DNA from: an uncultured bacterium
Lineage (GTDB): Bacteria; Electryoneota; AABM5-125-24; Hatepunaeales; Hatepunaeaceae
Length of the DNA: 55,260 bases
Reading direction: 5' to 3'
Assembly (NCBI GenBank): GCA_964635255.1
Contig: CAZWOY010000001.1
Location: 1-55,260, forward strand
The position numbers and the translations under genes were made by a program. Positions 30,464 through 40,400 of the stretch are shown here, piece by piece. The notes below the pieces were generated by a model. It did no database searches and was not told where the DNA came from. It worked only from the letters and a program-made list of their open reading frames with translations. How positions within the stretch are numbered: position 1 is the stretch's first letter; the number at the start of each line of letters is the position of its first letter.

Positions 30464-30776
30464 AACCAATAATCCGATCCTTCATCGCGTTCTTCGACCA
30501 GACGGGCAAAGGGCCTGTTTGACCGGTTTTCGGATTAAAGAAATATCTGTATGATGTATTCGTTCTAAACTGACTCATCATCCATGACCAACCTCGAACG
30601 AAGTAGGGACATTCATCGTTGAAACAAACCTTAAAATACTCTACCTCATATCCCGCTTCAGGCGGCATCTCCATTTTCTTCAAATCTGAACCGCAATGCG
30701 GGCATTTCTGAATATCGATGATCTTTTCCTGATTCGAATCCAAAATCCAACTCAAATTTTGTGAAATATCACTCAT
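30462..30776 (-). CDS. small zinc-ribbon protein of unknown function
   Basis: 104 aa with CPHCGS...(26 aa)...CFNDECPYF, which gives four Cys in a ribbon-like arrangement. Trp/aromatic-rich C-terminal half. I recognise no family. Confidence 0.55.
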   Translation of the reverse strand: MSDISQNLSWILDSNQEKIIDIQKCPHCGSDLKKMEMPPEAGYEVEYFKVCFNDECPYFVRGWSWMMSQFRTNTSYRYFFNPKTGQTGPLPVWSKNAMKDRIIG

Positions 30777-30910
30777 GACGTCGCTTTATCGCTCTAATTC
30801 AGTGTGTTTACTTACTTTTTGCGATATGTAACATTAGTTATTGCAACACTTATGCCATTAAATGGTTTTGCTTTTAATAAAAAAGTTCAAATAGGGAAAA
30901 AGTATTTCAT

Positions 30911-30942
30911 AAACGGAAGCCCCTCACCGGGGGCTTCCGTTT
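30911..30942 (-). terminator. strong hairpin about 50 nt downstream of the aprA stop (terminator/attenuator)
   Basis: AAACGGAAGCCCC-TCACCG-GGGGCTTCCGTTT, a 13-bp stem. Both strands have a modest T-rich trail (GTTTAT). Confidence 0.55.
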
Positions 30943-30991
30943 ATTTCCAACAACCAGTAAAATACGTCATAGACGTATCTGACCGGGAAGA

Positions 30992-32908
30992 TTAGCCGCC
31001 TAACAACTCATGGTCTTCAGGGCACGGGAAAATGTGCTTCACAGGTCGCTTAATCATTTCCCATTCGGCTTTGTTCGGATCGTATTTACAATTAGCAAAT
31101 ACCAGCCAATCTTTGTTGTTCATCGCCGGGGTATCCGCGCGGAAATAATATCCGGGCCAACGGGTTTCTTCGCGGAACAGAATCGTGCGAACATGAGCTT
31201 CCGCCTGCCACATACGGTGGACGTTCTCCCAGGCGCGCATTAATTCATGCAGATCTTCCGCAGCCAGCTTCTTCGAGTCTTCAGCGAGAACGCCTAACAG
31301 CTCGAGACCTTTCTCAAGATTGGACTTGCTGGTCTTAAATTGAGAAGAAACTCCGCCTGCATATTCGTCCATGATCTTCTGGAGTCGGAACATGAACATT
31401 TTCGGGCGGATGTAATTTGCGTTGATGTGAGGATCGGTCGTCTCTTTCGAGTGTTTATCGAACAGATCCATCGGAGCAAGGATTTCTTCCTTTATTGCTT
31501 CGATATCTCCATCGAAAGATACATCTTCCGGATGATCGACAACCCACTTTACAGCGGCTTTGCCTGCGATACGGCCTTCAGCGTGCGAACCCGATGAGAA
31601 CTTATGCGAGGAAGCGCCGGAAGCGTCGCCTGCGCAGAACAGTCCATCGACGGTTGACATCTGCGGGTAATCCCAGTAGTATTCGCCTTTGGTGTCATCG
31701 TTCTGCAGGTCGGCAGGTCCGCTAACCCATGCGCCGGAAGCGCCGGAGTGCGAACCGATGAAGTACGGCTCGGCGGCGGCGATTTCGGAGGGCTTTTCTT
31801 CGGGAGCCACATCGGAGGCGGCCCAGAGAACCGCCTGAGAAATGGTCATATCGAGGAAGTCTTCCCAGGCTTCGCTTTCGAGTTCCTTCATCTTCTTCTT
31901 GTAGGCTTTCTTGTCGTCTTTGTACTTTTCAGCCAGGTTGGCGATGGCTTCTTCAGTTCTCATGAAGATGGGTCCCTTGCCTTCCATGACGTCAAGCATC
32001 ATCAGCCAGTTGCGGAGGTTAGCCGGAACGGGCTTTACGCTGCCGTAAGGTTTCCAGTTCTCGAGCTCAGGGCGGCGGGTTTCCATATAGGCTTCGCCGA
32101 GTCCGTTGGTTGCGCGGGACTTGAACAGCAGGAACCAGGCGCCGACAGGACCGTAGGCGTCCTTGAAGCGCACCGGAATGAAGCGAACTTCCTGGCAGGT
32201 CATTTCAGCGCCGGCTTTCAGCGTGAAATATGCAGAGGAACCGGAGTTCCACGGCGGATACCAGGCGCGTCCAAGACCTTCGCCGGATGAACGCGGCTTA
32301 AAGACATGAACAGCTCCGCCCATTACAGCGATAACTGCTTTCGCCGTAAAGACGTAGAATTTGTTTTCGCGAACGGAAAATCCGACTGCGCCAACGCAGC
32401 GGTTGCCGTTCATCAACGGACCGACGATGAAAACGCGTTCATAAATATTGTCGATTCCGAGTGCGTTTTTGGCTGCTTCAGCAACGATGACCTTATAAGA
32501 TTCACCATTGATCATAAGCTGCCAGCGACCTTCGTGAACATAACCGCCATCTTCAGCTTTCCAAATTGGGAGTCCCCATTTTTCGAAAAGGTGAACGGAT
32601 GAATCGACGTGGCGGGCGATATTCGCCACCAAGTCTTCGCGGGTTATGCCCATTAAGTCGTTGCGTACGTATTCAACGTAATCTTTGACGGTATTCTGAC
32701 CGTCTTTGATTCCCACATACTGGTTAATAGCGGAAAGACCCATAGCAACGGCGCCTGAGCGGTCCACAGCGGCCTTATCGACCATTGTAACCTGAACGTC
32801 GTGCTTCTTTGCCCAGTAGGCTGCTTCCACGGCTGCGCCGCAAGCTGCCATACCGCCACCGAGTATGAGAAGATCGGTTTTTACTTCTACAGTTTCAAAA
32901 TTCGGCAT
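30992..32908 (-). CDS. aprA: adenylylsulfate (APS) reductase alpha subunit
   Basis: 638 aa with N-terminal FAD motif DLLILGGGMAACGAA. Fumarate-reductase-family flavoprotein directly after aprB. Confidence 0.9.
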   Translation of the reverse strand: MPNFETVEVKTDLLILGGGMAACGAAVEAAYWAKKHDVQVTMVDKAAVDRSGAVAMGLSAINQYVGIKDGQNTVKDYVEYVRNDLMGITREDLVANIARHVDSSVHLFEKWGLPIWKAEDGGYVHEGRWQLMINGESYKVIVAEAAKNALGIDNIYERVFIVGPLMNGNRCVGAVGFSVRENKFYVFTAKAVIAVMGGAVHVFKPRSSGEGLGRAWYPPWNSGSSAYFTLKAGAEMTCQEVRFIPVRFKDAYGPVGAWFLLFKSRATNGLGEAYMETRRPELENWKPYGSVKPVPANLRNWLMMLDVMEGKGPIFMRTEEAIANLAEKYKDDKKAYKKKMKELESEAWEDFLDMTISQAVLWAASDVAPEEKPSEIAAAEPYFIGSHSGASGAWVSGPADLQNDDTKGEYYWDYPQMSTVDGLFCAGDASGASSHKFSSGSHAEGRIAGKAAVKWVVDHPEDVSFDGDIEAIKEEILAPMDLFDKHSKETTDPHINANYIRPKMFMFRLQKIMDEYAGGVSSQFKTSKSNLEKGLELLGVLAEDSKKLAAEDLHELMRAWENVHRMWQAEAHVRTILFREETRWPGYYFRADTPAMNNKDWLVFANCKYDPNKAEWEMIKRPVKHIFPCPEDHELLGG

Positions 32909-32919
32909 GACGGCTCCTC

Positions 32920-33360
32920 CTACTTAAGGGTGTATAATTCATCTAAACCACATGAACCTGGTTCTGTGAACAGAACCGGGCTGTCAAGATCGTCGGCGCC
33001 GGTCTCCCAACCGCCGTCGGGTACTGCTGAACCTTCTGCAGTTGTACGGATCGGGAACTTGAATCTTTTCAGGTTTCCATTGCGGAACTTAACCGTCCAC
33101 ATAATGGAATCCGTACTGCGCATTGGCGTTACCATCGCACCCAGCGGAACGAAATCTGCGTATCCGCGAACTTCGACTGCATCCTGCGGGCAAATCTTCA
33201 CGCAGTTGTAGCACTCCCAGCACATCTCCGGCTCAATGTTGGTTGCCTTCTCGGTCTTTTTATTCAAGACCATGAGATCATTGGGGCAGATATACTGGCA
33301 TGCTGTTTTGTCCAATGCTTTGCATCCGTCGCATTTCTCGGGATTTACATAGCTTGGCAT
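32920..33360 (-). CDS. aprB: adenylylsulfate reductase beta subunit
   Basis: MPSYVNPEKCDGCKALDKTACQYICP and CWECYNCVKICP clusters, with a C-terminal tail typical of AprB. Confidence 0.9.
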   Translation of the reverse strand: MPSYVNPEKCDGCKALDKTACQYICPNDLMVLNKKTEKATNIEPEMCWECYNCVKICPQDAVEVRGYADFVPLGAMVTPMRSTDSIMWTVKFRNGNLKRFKFPIRTTAEGSAVPDGGWETGADDLDSPVLFTEPGSCGLDELYTLK

Positions 33361-33431
33361 CTTACCTCCTGATTATATATGAACCTGGTTTTGGGATTTT
33401 CGTTTTCCAAAACACCTTTTTGTTTTCGATT

Positions 33432-34664
33432 TTACTTGGCGTCGCCGGTTGCGTGGCCATGAAGCTTAACTTCAACCTTCTCGGATAAACCGGCGTAATA
33501 ATCCATTAATATCTTTAACACTTCGGGACGGCTGAATTCTTTCGGAATCTCATCCGTTTGACCTTCGCTCAGCATCTTGCGCAGCTTCGTGCCGGAAAGG
33601 AAAAGCCTTTCTTCCTTGCCATGCGGACAGGTCTTCATCGAAGCCATGCCGGCGCAAGTGTAGCAGTAGAACGTCCAGTCGATCGGCAGGGGCTTCAGTT
33701 GCAGAGCGCCTTCCCACAGTTCATGGAAAATATTCTGCGCGTCGAACGGACCGTAATAGTCGCCTACGCCTGCATGATCGCGGCCTACGATCAGATGCGA
33801 GCATCCGAAGTTTTGACGGAACACGGCGTGCAGCAAAGCCTCGCGCGGTCCTGCGTAGCGCATATCCAGCGGATAGCCGCCAGTTACGACCGAGTCTTTG
33901 ACAAAGTAGTTTTCAACCAGCGTGTTGATGCACTTTACGCGAACATCGGCGGGAATATCGCCGGGTTTCAGCTTGCCGACCAATTGATGAATGTAAAGTC
34001 CGTCGGAAACTTCCAGAGCGATCTTCGCAAGGTATTCATGCGAACGGTGCATCGGATTGCGAAGCTGTAAAGCTGCGATTGTTTTCCAGCCTTTCGCTTC
34101 GAATGTCGCTCTCGATTCCGCCGGACGCTGGTATAATTTTGCGAATTCCTTCGGGAAAATACTTTCCGACAATACTTTCACCGGGCCGCCGAGGTTGACG
34201 TCTTTCTGCGCCATGACCATTTTAACGCCCGGATGTTCGATATCGTCCGTGGTATAAACGTGCTTGCACTCGAATTTTTTATCGATGGCGTACTTTTCCT
34301 CTACCTTCATGGTAGCCATTATCTCGCCATCTTCGTCATTGATCAGCGCAATCTCGTCGCCGTCTTTGAGCGAATCGGCAAATGCTTTGTCAACGCTTAC
34401 AGTAATTGGGATAGGCCAGAATGTGCCATCGGTCATTTTCATGTCCTGGCAAACGCCTTTCCAATCGTCGTGACCCATGAAGCCCTTGAGCGGCGTAAAA
34501 CCGCCGATCCCAAGCATAATTAAATCACCGGCTTCGCGTGAAGTAATGCGAGCCTGGGGCAGACTTTCTGCACGTTTGCGTTCCGCGGCAAGTTCATCTC
34601 CCTCTAAAAGGAGAGGCATTAATTCATCTGCGCCATGCGGTGGAATTAATGTTGATTCTGCCAT
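33432..34664 (-). CDS. sat: sulfate adenylyltransferase (ATP sulfurylase)
   Basis: [11 protein letters not shown] and VGRDHAGVG motifs. Confidence 0.9.
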   Translation of the reverse strand: MAESTLIPPHGADELMPLLLEGDELAAERKRAESLPQARITSREAGDLIMLGIGGFTPLKGFMGHDDWKGVCQDMKMTDGTFWPIPITVSVDKAFADSLKDGDEIALINDEDGEIMATMKVEEKYAIDKKFECKHVYTTDDIEHPGVKMVMAQKDVNLGGPVKVLSESIFPKEFAKLYQRPAESRATFEAKGWKTIAALQLRNPMHRSHEYLAKIALEVSDGLYIHQLVGKLKPGDIPADVRVKCINTLVENYFVKDSVVTGGYPLDMRYAGPREALLHAVFRQNFGCSHLIVGRDHAGVGDYYGPFDAQNIFHELWEGALQLKPLPIDWTFYCYTCAGMASMKTCPHGKEERLFLSGTKLRKMLSEGQTDEIPKEFSRPEVLKILMDYYAGLSEKVEVKLHGHATGDAK

Positions 34665-34765
34665 TTTGAAATCTCCTCTATTAAAAAACTTAGTTTAAAT
34701 TACTTCTCTGTTTCTAAATGCCAAAATGCGACGAACTTTTTGTCCGCCGCACCGGCATTGCCTCC

Positions 34766-36886
34766 TCACAACAGGGGCGCAATCACAAGCGAGACTACGC
34801 TCATTAACTTAATCAAAATATTCAGCGAAGGACCCGCGGTATCCTTGAATGGATCGCCGACGGTATCGCCAACCACTGCGGCTTTATGTGCATCGGAACC
34901 CTTGCCCCCATGCGCGCCGGCTTCGATATGTTTCTTGGCGTTATCCCAAGCGCCGCCGGCGTTCGACATGAATATCGCCATAAGCACTCCAGCGCTGGTG
35001 ACGCCGGCTAACAAACCGCCAAGAATTTCCGGATGACTGCCAAATCCAAGGATTTTTGGTCCAAATCCGATAATCACCGGCGTTAACACTGCTAATAAAC
35101 CGGGGGCGATCATCTGCTTCAAAGCCCCGCCGGTTGCGATTGAGACGCAGCGGCTGTGATCCGCTTTGACGCCTTCTTTGCCTTCTAACAGTCCGGGGAT
35201 GTCTTTAAACTGCCGGCGGACTTCCTCGATCATAGCGCCAGCCGCTCTTCCCACCGCCTGCATAGCAAACGAACTGAACAAAAACGGAAGCATTGCTCCG
35301 ATAAAGAGACCAGCCATTACGTTCGGATTCAACACATCGATTTGAATGGGACCGTGTTTCCTCACAACAACGGTAACAAAAGCGCTGAACAGCGCCAATG
35401 CGGTTAGCGCCGCCGATCCAATAGCAAAGCCTTTGCCGATGGCTGCGGTTGTGTTGCCGACGGCGTCGAGTTTATCTGTCCTGGCTCTAATATCGGGTCC
35501 GAGTTCAGCCATTTCGGCGATGCCGCCTGCGTTGTCGGCAACGGGACCGTAAGCGTCGACGGCGAGCTGAATGCCGGTTGTCGAAAGCATGCCCACAGCG
35601 GCGATGGCTATCCCGTACAATCCGGCAAAGGCATAAGAAAGCACTATAGCGATTGCCAACACTAACAGCGGAAAACCGGTCGATCTCATGCCGGTGGCTA
35701 AACCGGAAATAATGTTCGTCGCGGCGCCGGTCAGGCTTTCCTTAGCAATCCCGTGAACCGGGCTTTTGTTTTCAGCCGTATAGAATTCAGTAATCAAACC
35801 GATTGCGGTGCCGGCAGCCAAACCGACAATCGTCGCCCAAAAGACGCCCATCCCGGTGTAACTGGTTGAACTGCCAAATAAATCGGTAACCTGAACGGGT
35901 TCAGGGATAAACCACTTTATAATAAAGAAGGAAGCGATAATCATCAGAATCGCAGCTAAAAAAGTTCCCGTGTTGAGGGCTGCCTGGGGATTGCCGCCTT
36001 CTTTGGTGCGAACAAACAAGGTTCCTATTATCGAGACGATAATGCCAGCCGCTCCCAACACCAGCGGCAGCGCAACCGGATTCAGATTTCCGGCGGACGC
36101 CACCCAGCTTGATCCAGCGATGACCATTGCGCCAATAATAGCGCCAACGTAGGATTCGAACAAGTCGGCTCCCATGCCCGCTACGTCGCCGACGTTATCG
36201 CCGACGTTATCGGCGATTACGGCGGGATTGCGCGGATCGTCCTCGGGAATGCCGGCTTCAACTTTGCCAACGAGGTCGGCTCCAACGTCGGCGGCTTTCG
36301 TATATATGCCGCCTCCGACCCTGGCGAAGAGCGCTATCGACGAGGCTCCCAGTGAAAATCCTGAGATAATCTGAAGCAGATATTCAACTTCAGTTCCGAT
36401 ACCGTATTTTATGTTCAGTACTTTCGTATAGAAAAGAAATAGGACTGTTAATCCGGTCAGCGCCAGTCCGACGACCGACATGCCCATGACCGCGCCGCCC
36501 GAAAAAGCAACGCCCAAAGCTTTGGTCAATCCTGTCCTGGCGGCGTTTGCCGTACGAACATTTGCCTTCGTTGCGACGCGCATTCCAAAGAAACCGGCAA
36601 GTCCGCTGCACAGAGCGCCGACAACGAATGAAAGAGCTACTAAAGCGGAAGAACTGGGATCCACAGCGTTTGCTATGCCCAGCAAAATGGCAACGATTAC
36701 GACAAAAATGGCTAAAATCGAGTACTCTTTACCCAGAAACGCCATAGCGCCTTCGCGGATATTACCGGCTATTTCAGCCATCTTGCTGCCGCCGTCATCC
36801 TGCTTGCTTACCCAGCTTGCTTTCAGCAAGGCAAAAAGCAGCGCTAAAATTCCGCATCCCAGGGTTACGATTACAAACGTATCCAA
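34766..36886 (-). CDS. hppA: membrane-integral ion-translocating pyrophosphatase (K+-dependent signature)
   Basis: 706 aa and about 16 TM helices. Motifs DNVGDNVGD and [11 protein letters not shown], plus [10 protein letters not shown] (Ala rather than Lys after GNTT). Confidence 0.9.
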   Translation of the reverse strand: MDTFVIVTLGCGILALLFALLKASWVSKQDDGGSKMAEIAGNIREGAMAFLGKEYSILAIFVVIVAILLGIANAVDPSSSALVALSFVVGALCSGLAGFFGMRVATKANVRTANAARTGLTKALGVAFSGGAVMGMSVVGLALTGLTVLFLFYTKVLNIKYGIGTEVEYLLQIISGFSLGASSIALFARVGGGIYTKAADVGADLVGKVEAGIPEDDPRNPAVIADNVGDNVGDVAGMGADLFESYVGAIIGAMVIAGSSWVASAGNLNPVALPLVLGAAGIIVSIIGTLFVRTKEGGNPQAALNTGTFLAAILMIIASFFIIKWFIPEPVQVTDLFGSSTSYTGMGVFWATIVGLAAGTAIGLITEFYTAENKSPVHGIAKESLTGAATNIISGLATGMRSTGFPLLVLAIAIVLSYAFAGLYGIAIAAVGMLSTTGIQLAVDAYGPVADNAGGIAEMAELGPDIRARTDKLDAVGNTTAAIGKGFAIGSAALTALALFSAFVTVVVRKHGPIQIDVLNPNVMAGLFIGAMLPFLFSSFAMQAVGRAAGAMIEEVRRQFKDIPGLLEGKEGVKADHSRCVSIATGGALKQMIAPGLLAVLTPVIIGFGPKILGFGSHPEILGGLLAGVTSAGVLMAIFMSNAGGAWDNAKKHIEAGAHGGKGSDAHKAAVVGDTVGDPFKDTAGPSLNILIKLMSVVSLVIAPLL

Positions 36887-37423
36887 GTGATCACTCCACC
36901 TCTTAAGATATTCTCGAAACTGTCTATTTTAAAAACCGGTTTTTCGAAGCGTTTGCGTTAGTGCATAAAAATATTACGCACTTCTTGTTCCTACATGCAC
37001 AAATATAGAGGCAATTATTTATTCTGTCAAGAGGTTTAATACAAAAAAATATACTTTTTTAAAGTCTTTGAACGTGAAAGTAATTTTGGCTTACCAAACT
37101 TAAGCAAGTAAGCTTCAGAAAAATGCAATCCCATAAGCCTGAATTCCTTTTATCCGGAATACTTTTTGGCTTAAAGTTTTTCTTGCCACAAATAATCGCC
37201 GGCAATCATTATTATCCCTTTACAATGCCGGTTAAATTTACTATATTGTTTCAGCAAGCCATTTTGCGGCAATCGGAATATTTTCTTTTTTTTCTTGTTA
37301 ATACATCGAACTCATACCTTAATATAGGTATTTAGATAGCTAACTTTAAAAAGTGTTTTCAATCTTGAAAATACAATTCACTCGGCTTAAAAGTTGTTTG
37401 TTTACTTTAGTTAAGAGGCTGTC

Positions 37424-40400
37424 ATGAATGTAAAGATCTCCACGATTTTTGTTGTTCTTTTTCTATTTAGTTGCGCCTTCTCCGCCGAATTGAAGTTCGA
37501 CGACGCGAAGGATTTAAAACTAAACCGCACACAATCATCGATTAGTCTGGAATTCGACCTGTCGGGATTTTCCGATGCGATAGCGTTTGGGGAAAACGAC
37601 AATACTGCGCTGGTCGATCCCGGTCAAGGAATATTGCTTGCGCCCGGAAAACCGATCCTGCCCGCGCTGCATAAATTTATCATCGTTCCGCCGGACAAAG
37701 GATTGGAAATGCAGGTAACGACCGGTCAGGCAAGACGGATTCATACAGATGCGGAACCGGTTCTGTTCGAAACTGCGGAAGCTGCAGATATGCAGCCGTT
37801 CGCCGATGAAGAAAACGACGGTCTGTTCCCTCCCATCACGGCTAAAATGTCCGATCCGGTTGTTATCCGCGGCGTTCGAGTGGTAAAGATAACCACCTAT
37901 CCCGTTCAGTACGACGCCGAAAATAACGACTATATCTTTCACGGTCACATTTCAACTAACGTCCGTTTCACCGAAGACGAACCTGTAAATCCCGTGCGCA
38001 ATCCCGTCAGGCGCAATCGCAGCCGGGAATTTCTAAAATACATCGACGCTTTAACCGTCAATGGAGATCAGATCCGGCGCGACGATCTCGACGATGTGCA
38101 GGCTCATGTCGGGCATTATCTGGTCGTGACGCATGAAAGCTGTCTCGAATACGCCGCCCCGTTTATCGAATGGCGGCGCAAATCGGGATATAAAGTAGAT
38201 ATTTTAAGTTTTAATCAGAATGATGCAATGAATCCTAATACGGTCAAGAACGAAATTCAGGATTTATACGATTTTTATTTGGATGAGGGTATGGATCCTT
38301 TCGATCAGATCCTGCTCATCGGCGATCGCGAAGTATACGATAATTTTGGAAATGGGAATTGGATATTGAGTTCATTTCGCGGAAATCCTATCTGGGGTCC
38401 AACAAATCATGCCGATTACGAATTTGCCTGTTTAGAGGGAAATGACAACTTTCCAGAAGCCGGTTTTGCCAGACTGCCAACGGGATCGATTGATTTAATG
38501 GAGCTTGCTGTCAACCGCACCCTCGCTTATGAAGCCGAACCCTATATGGAAGAAACCGAATGGTTCACGATGGGAGCGGTCTATTCGCAGCATTGGGGAC
38601 TGAATGTCAACTCAGCTTGGCATGTGTCGATAAACACCAACGTCAGATGGGGCAATCAGGTTTTAAGACGCCGCGGCTTCGACGATATCGCCTTTTTCGA
38701 AGATTTCGACTATGATAGAAACGGCGTTCGAATCGGAGAATGGTTCACAGATATTTTTAACGAAGGACGAAACGTTCTAATTGGCAGAGCGCAGCTTTGG
38801 AACTGGCAGCATAATTTTAACGGCGTGAATAATAACGTTGTTTTCCCAATTAATATCACTACCAACGGCATAGGCGATTGGGCGGGGAACCATATGTTCC
38901 GCACCGGCGACGGCAACAACCTGAAAGGTCCGGTCGCATTGACTTTTTCCTATGGAGATACGCCTACAATACCAATGAGCTGTGTCTGGATGGAAATGGT
39001 GAATGGAACTTTGTTGAAAGATTTAACATTTGGGTGGGGCAGAGTTTTAGGCATTACTGCTTTAGAGCGATATGTTGAGAACTTCCAATACCAAGGGCAA
39101 TGGGTCTATAACCATGTAAAAACCGATATCGAAGCCTTCGGCGATCCCGGCATTCAACCCTGGATAGGCGTGCCTCGAATTATTGAAACCGAAATCCCCG
39201 AATTTGCAACGCCTCAAACCAGATCGCTCGCCATCCGCGTCTTCGATCCGGAAAATGAAGAACCGGTTGCCGGAGCGCAGGTCACGATGTACTGCCCCGG
39301 AGATATGCCGGATTTCGACGACGACGCTTACGCGGAATACGACGAAATGATTATGGAAACGACAACAACCGGCGAGGATGGAATCGCGCGCGTCGCGTTC
39401 GACGAAGACGTCGAATTCGAAGCCGGGACAGATCTGTTTATTACCGTTACCGGTCGGGATATTCTCCCGCATTTCGACGAAATCGAAATCGAAATTCCGG
39501 ATCTGGCGGTGGACGTTGGCGGTTATGAATTGAGTGAAACCGAAGGAAACGGCGATGATATAGTTAATCCGGGCGAGTCATTCACAATTGAGATATTCGC
39601 TTTAAACACCGGCGATGAGGAAGTCGTAGAAGATTTGAGAGCGGTAGTTTCCTGCGCTTCGCCCTGGATCGAAGTCGAAGAAAACGAGATCGAATTCGGC
39701 GATATAGATCCCGGCGAAGACGCGCTGGGCGAACCGGCGGCAGCCTTTAATGCGTCTGTTCGCTGTCCGGACGGTTTGAGCCGTCAGATAACGATTCCAA
39801 CTATACTTATCGAATTCACAAGTGGAGACCGAACCTGGACGTCGGCGGTGAAGCTCGATCCGCTCGCGCCCAAACTCACGGTTCGCGAAGCCGGAAACGA
39901 CTTTTCCGTTCCATTAGGCGAAAGCGAACTGGAAATCGTTCTCGAAAATACCGGCAGGATGGATCTGCCGGAAACCGATGCGCGACTCGAATCTTTAAGC
40001 CGGGGAATCGGTCTTATCGAAGCCGAAACAAATTACCCGGAAATCGAGGTGAATGAACAAGCCGGACCTGCGGGGGAAAACTTCCAAATCATAACCACGA
40101 TCGACGCCATTCCCGGCGCGTCCGCAGACCTGGCGCTTATTCTGACAACCGAAGCCGGATTTGTCGATACAGCCTATTTCAGCGTACAGATGGGAAATTC
40201 GGCGGAAAACGAGCCCCACCCGCCGGACAAATATGGATATTGTTGTTTTGACGATACCGATGAAGAATGGGAAGCCGCGCCGGACTACGAATGGATTGAA
40301 ATCAATCCTGACGAAGAGAATCCGGATTTTGACGGCGAAATACTGGATTTCGAGGGCGAAAGCAATATGGATATCGGCGAAGCGGTCGTGGTGGAACTTG

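Noticed and set aside
31748-32290. 180-aa plus-strand ORF opposite aprA
   Set aside because: It is a shadow ORF antisense to aprA, Gly/Phe-rich with no motifs.
7574-36886. Reading the cluster as an oxidative rDsr/sulfur-oxidation locus because dsrL is present
   Set aside because: dsrD is present and dsrEFH and sox genes are absent from the window. The dsrAB-dsrD order and the sat-aprBA-qmo-hppA context fit the reductive or disproportionating type. Direction cannot be settled without DsrAB phylogeny, so it is kept as an open question rather than a call.
37123-37335. 70-aa ORF in the AT-rich hppA / giant-protein intergenic region
   Set aside because: It has a hydrophobic, low-complexity sequence, no RBS or motif, and lies in a divergent promoter region. 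It is most likely non-coding.
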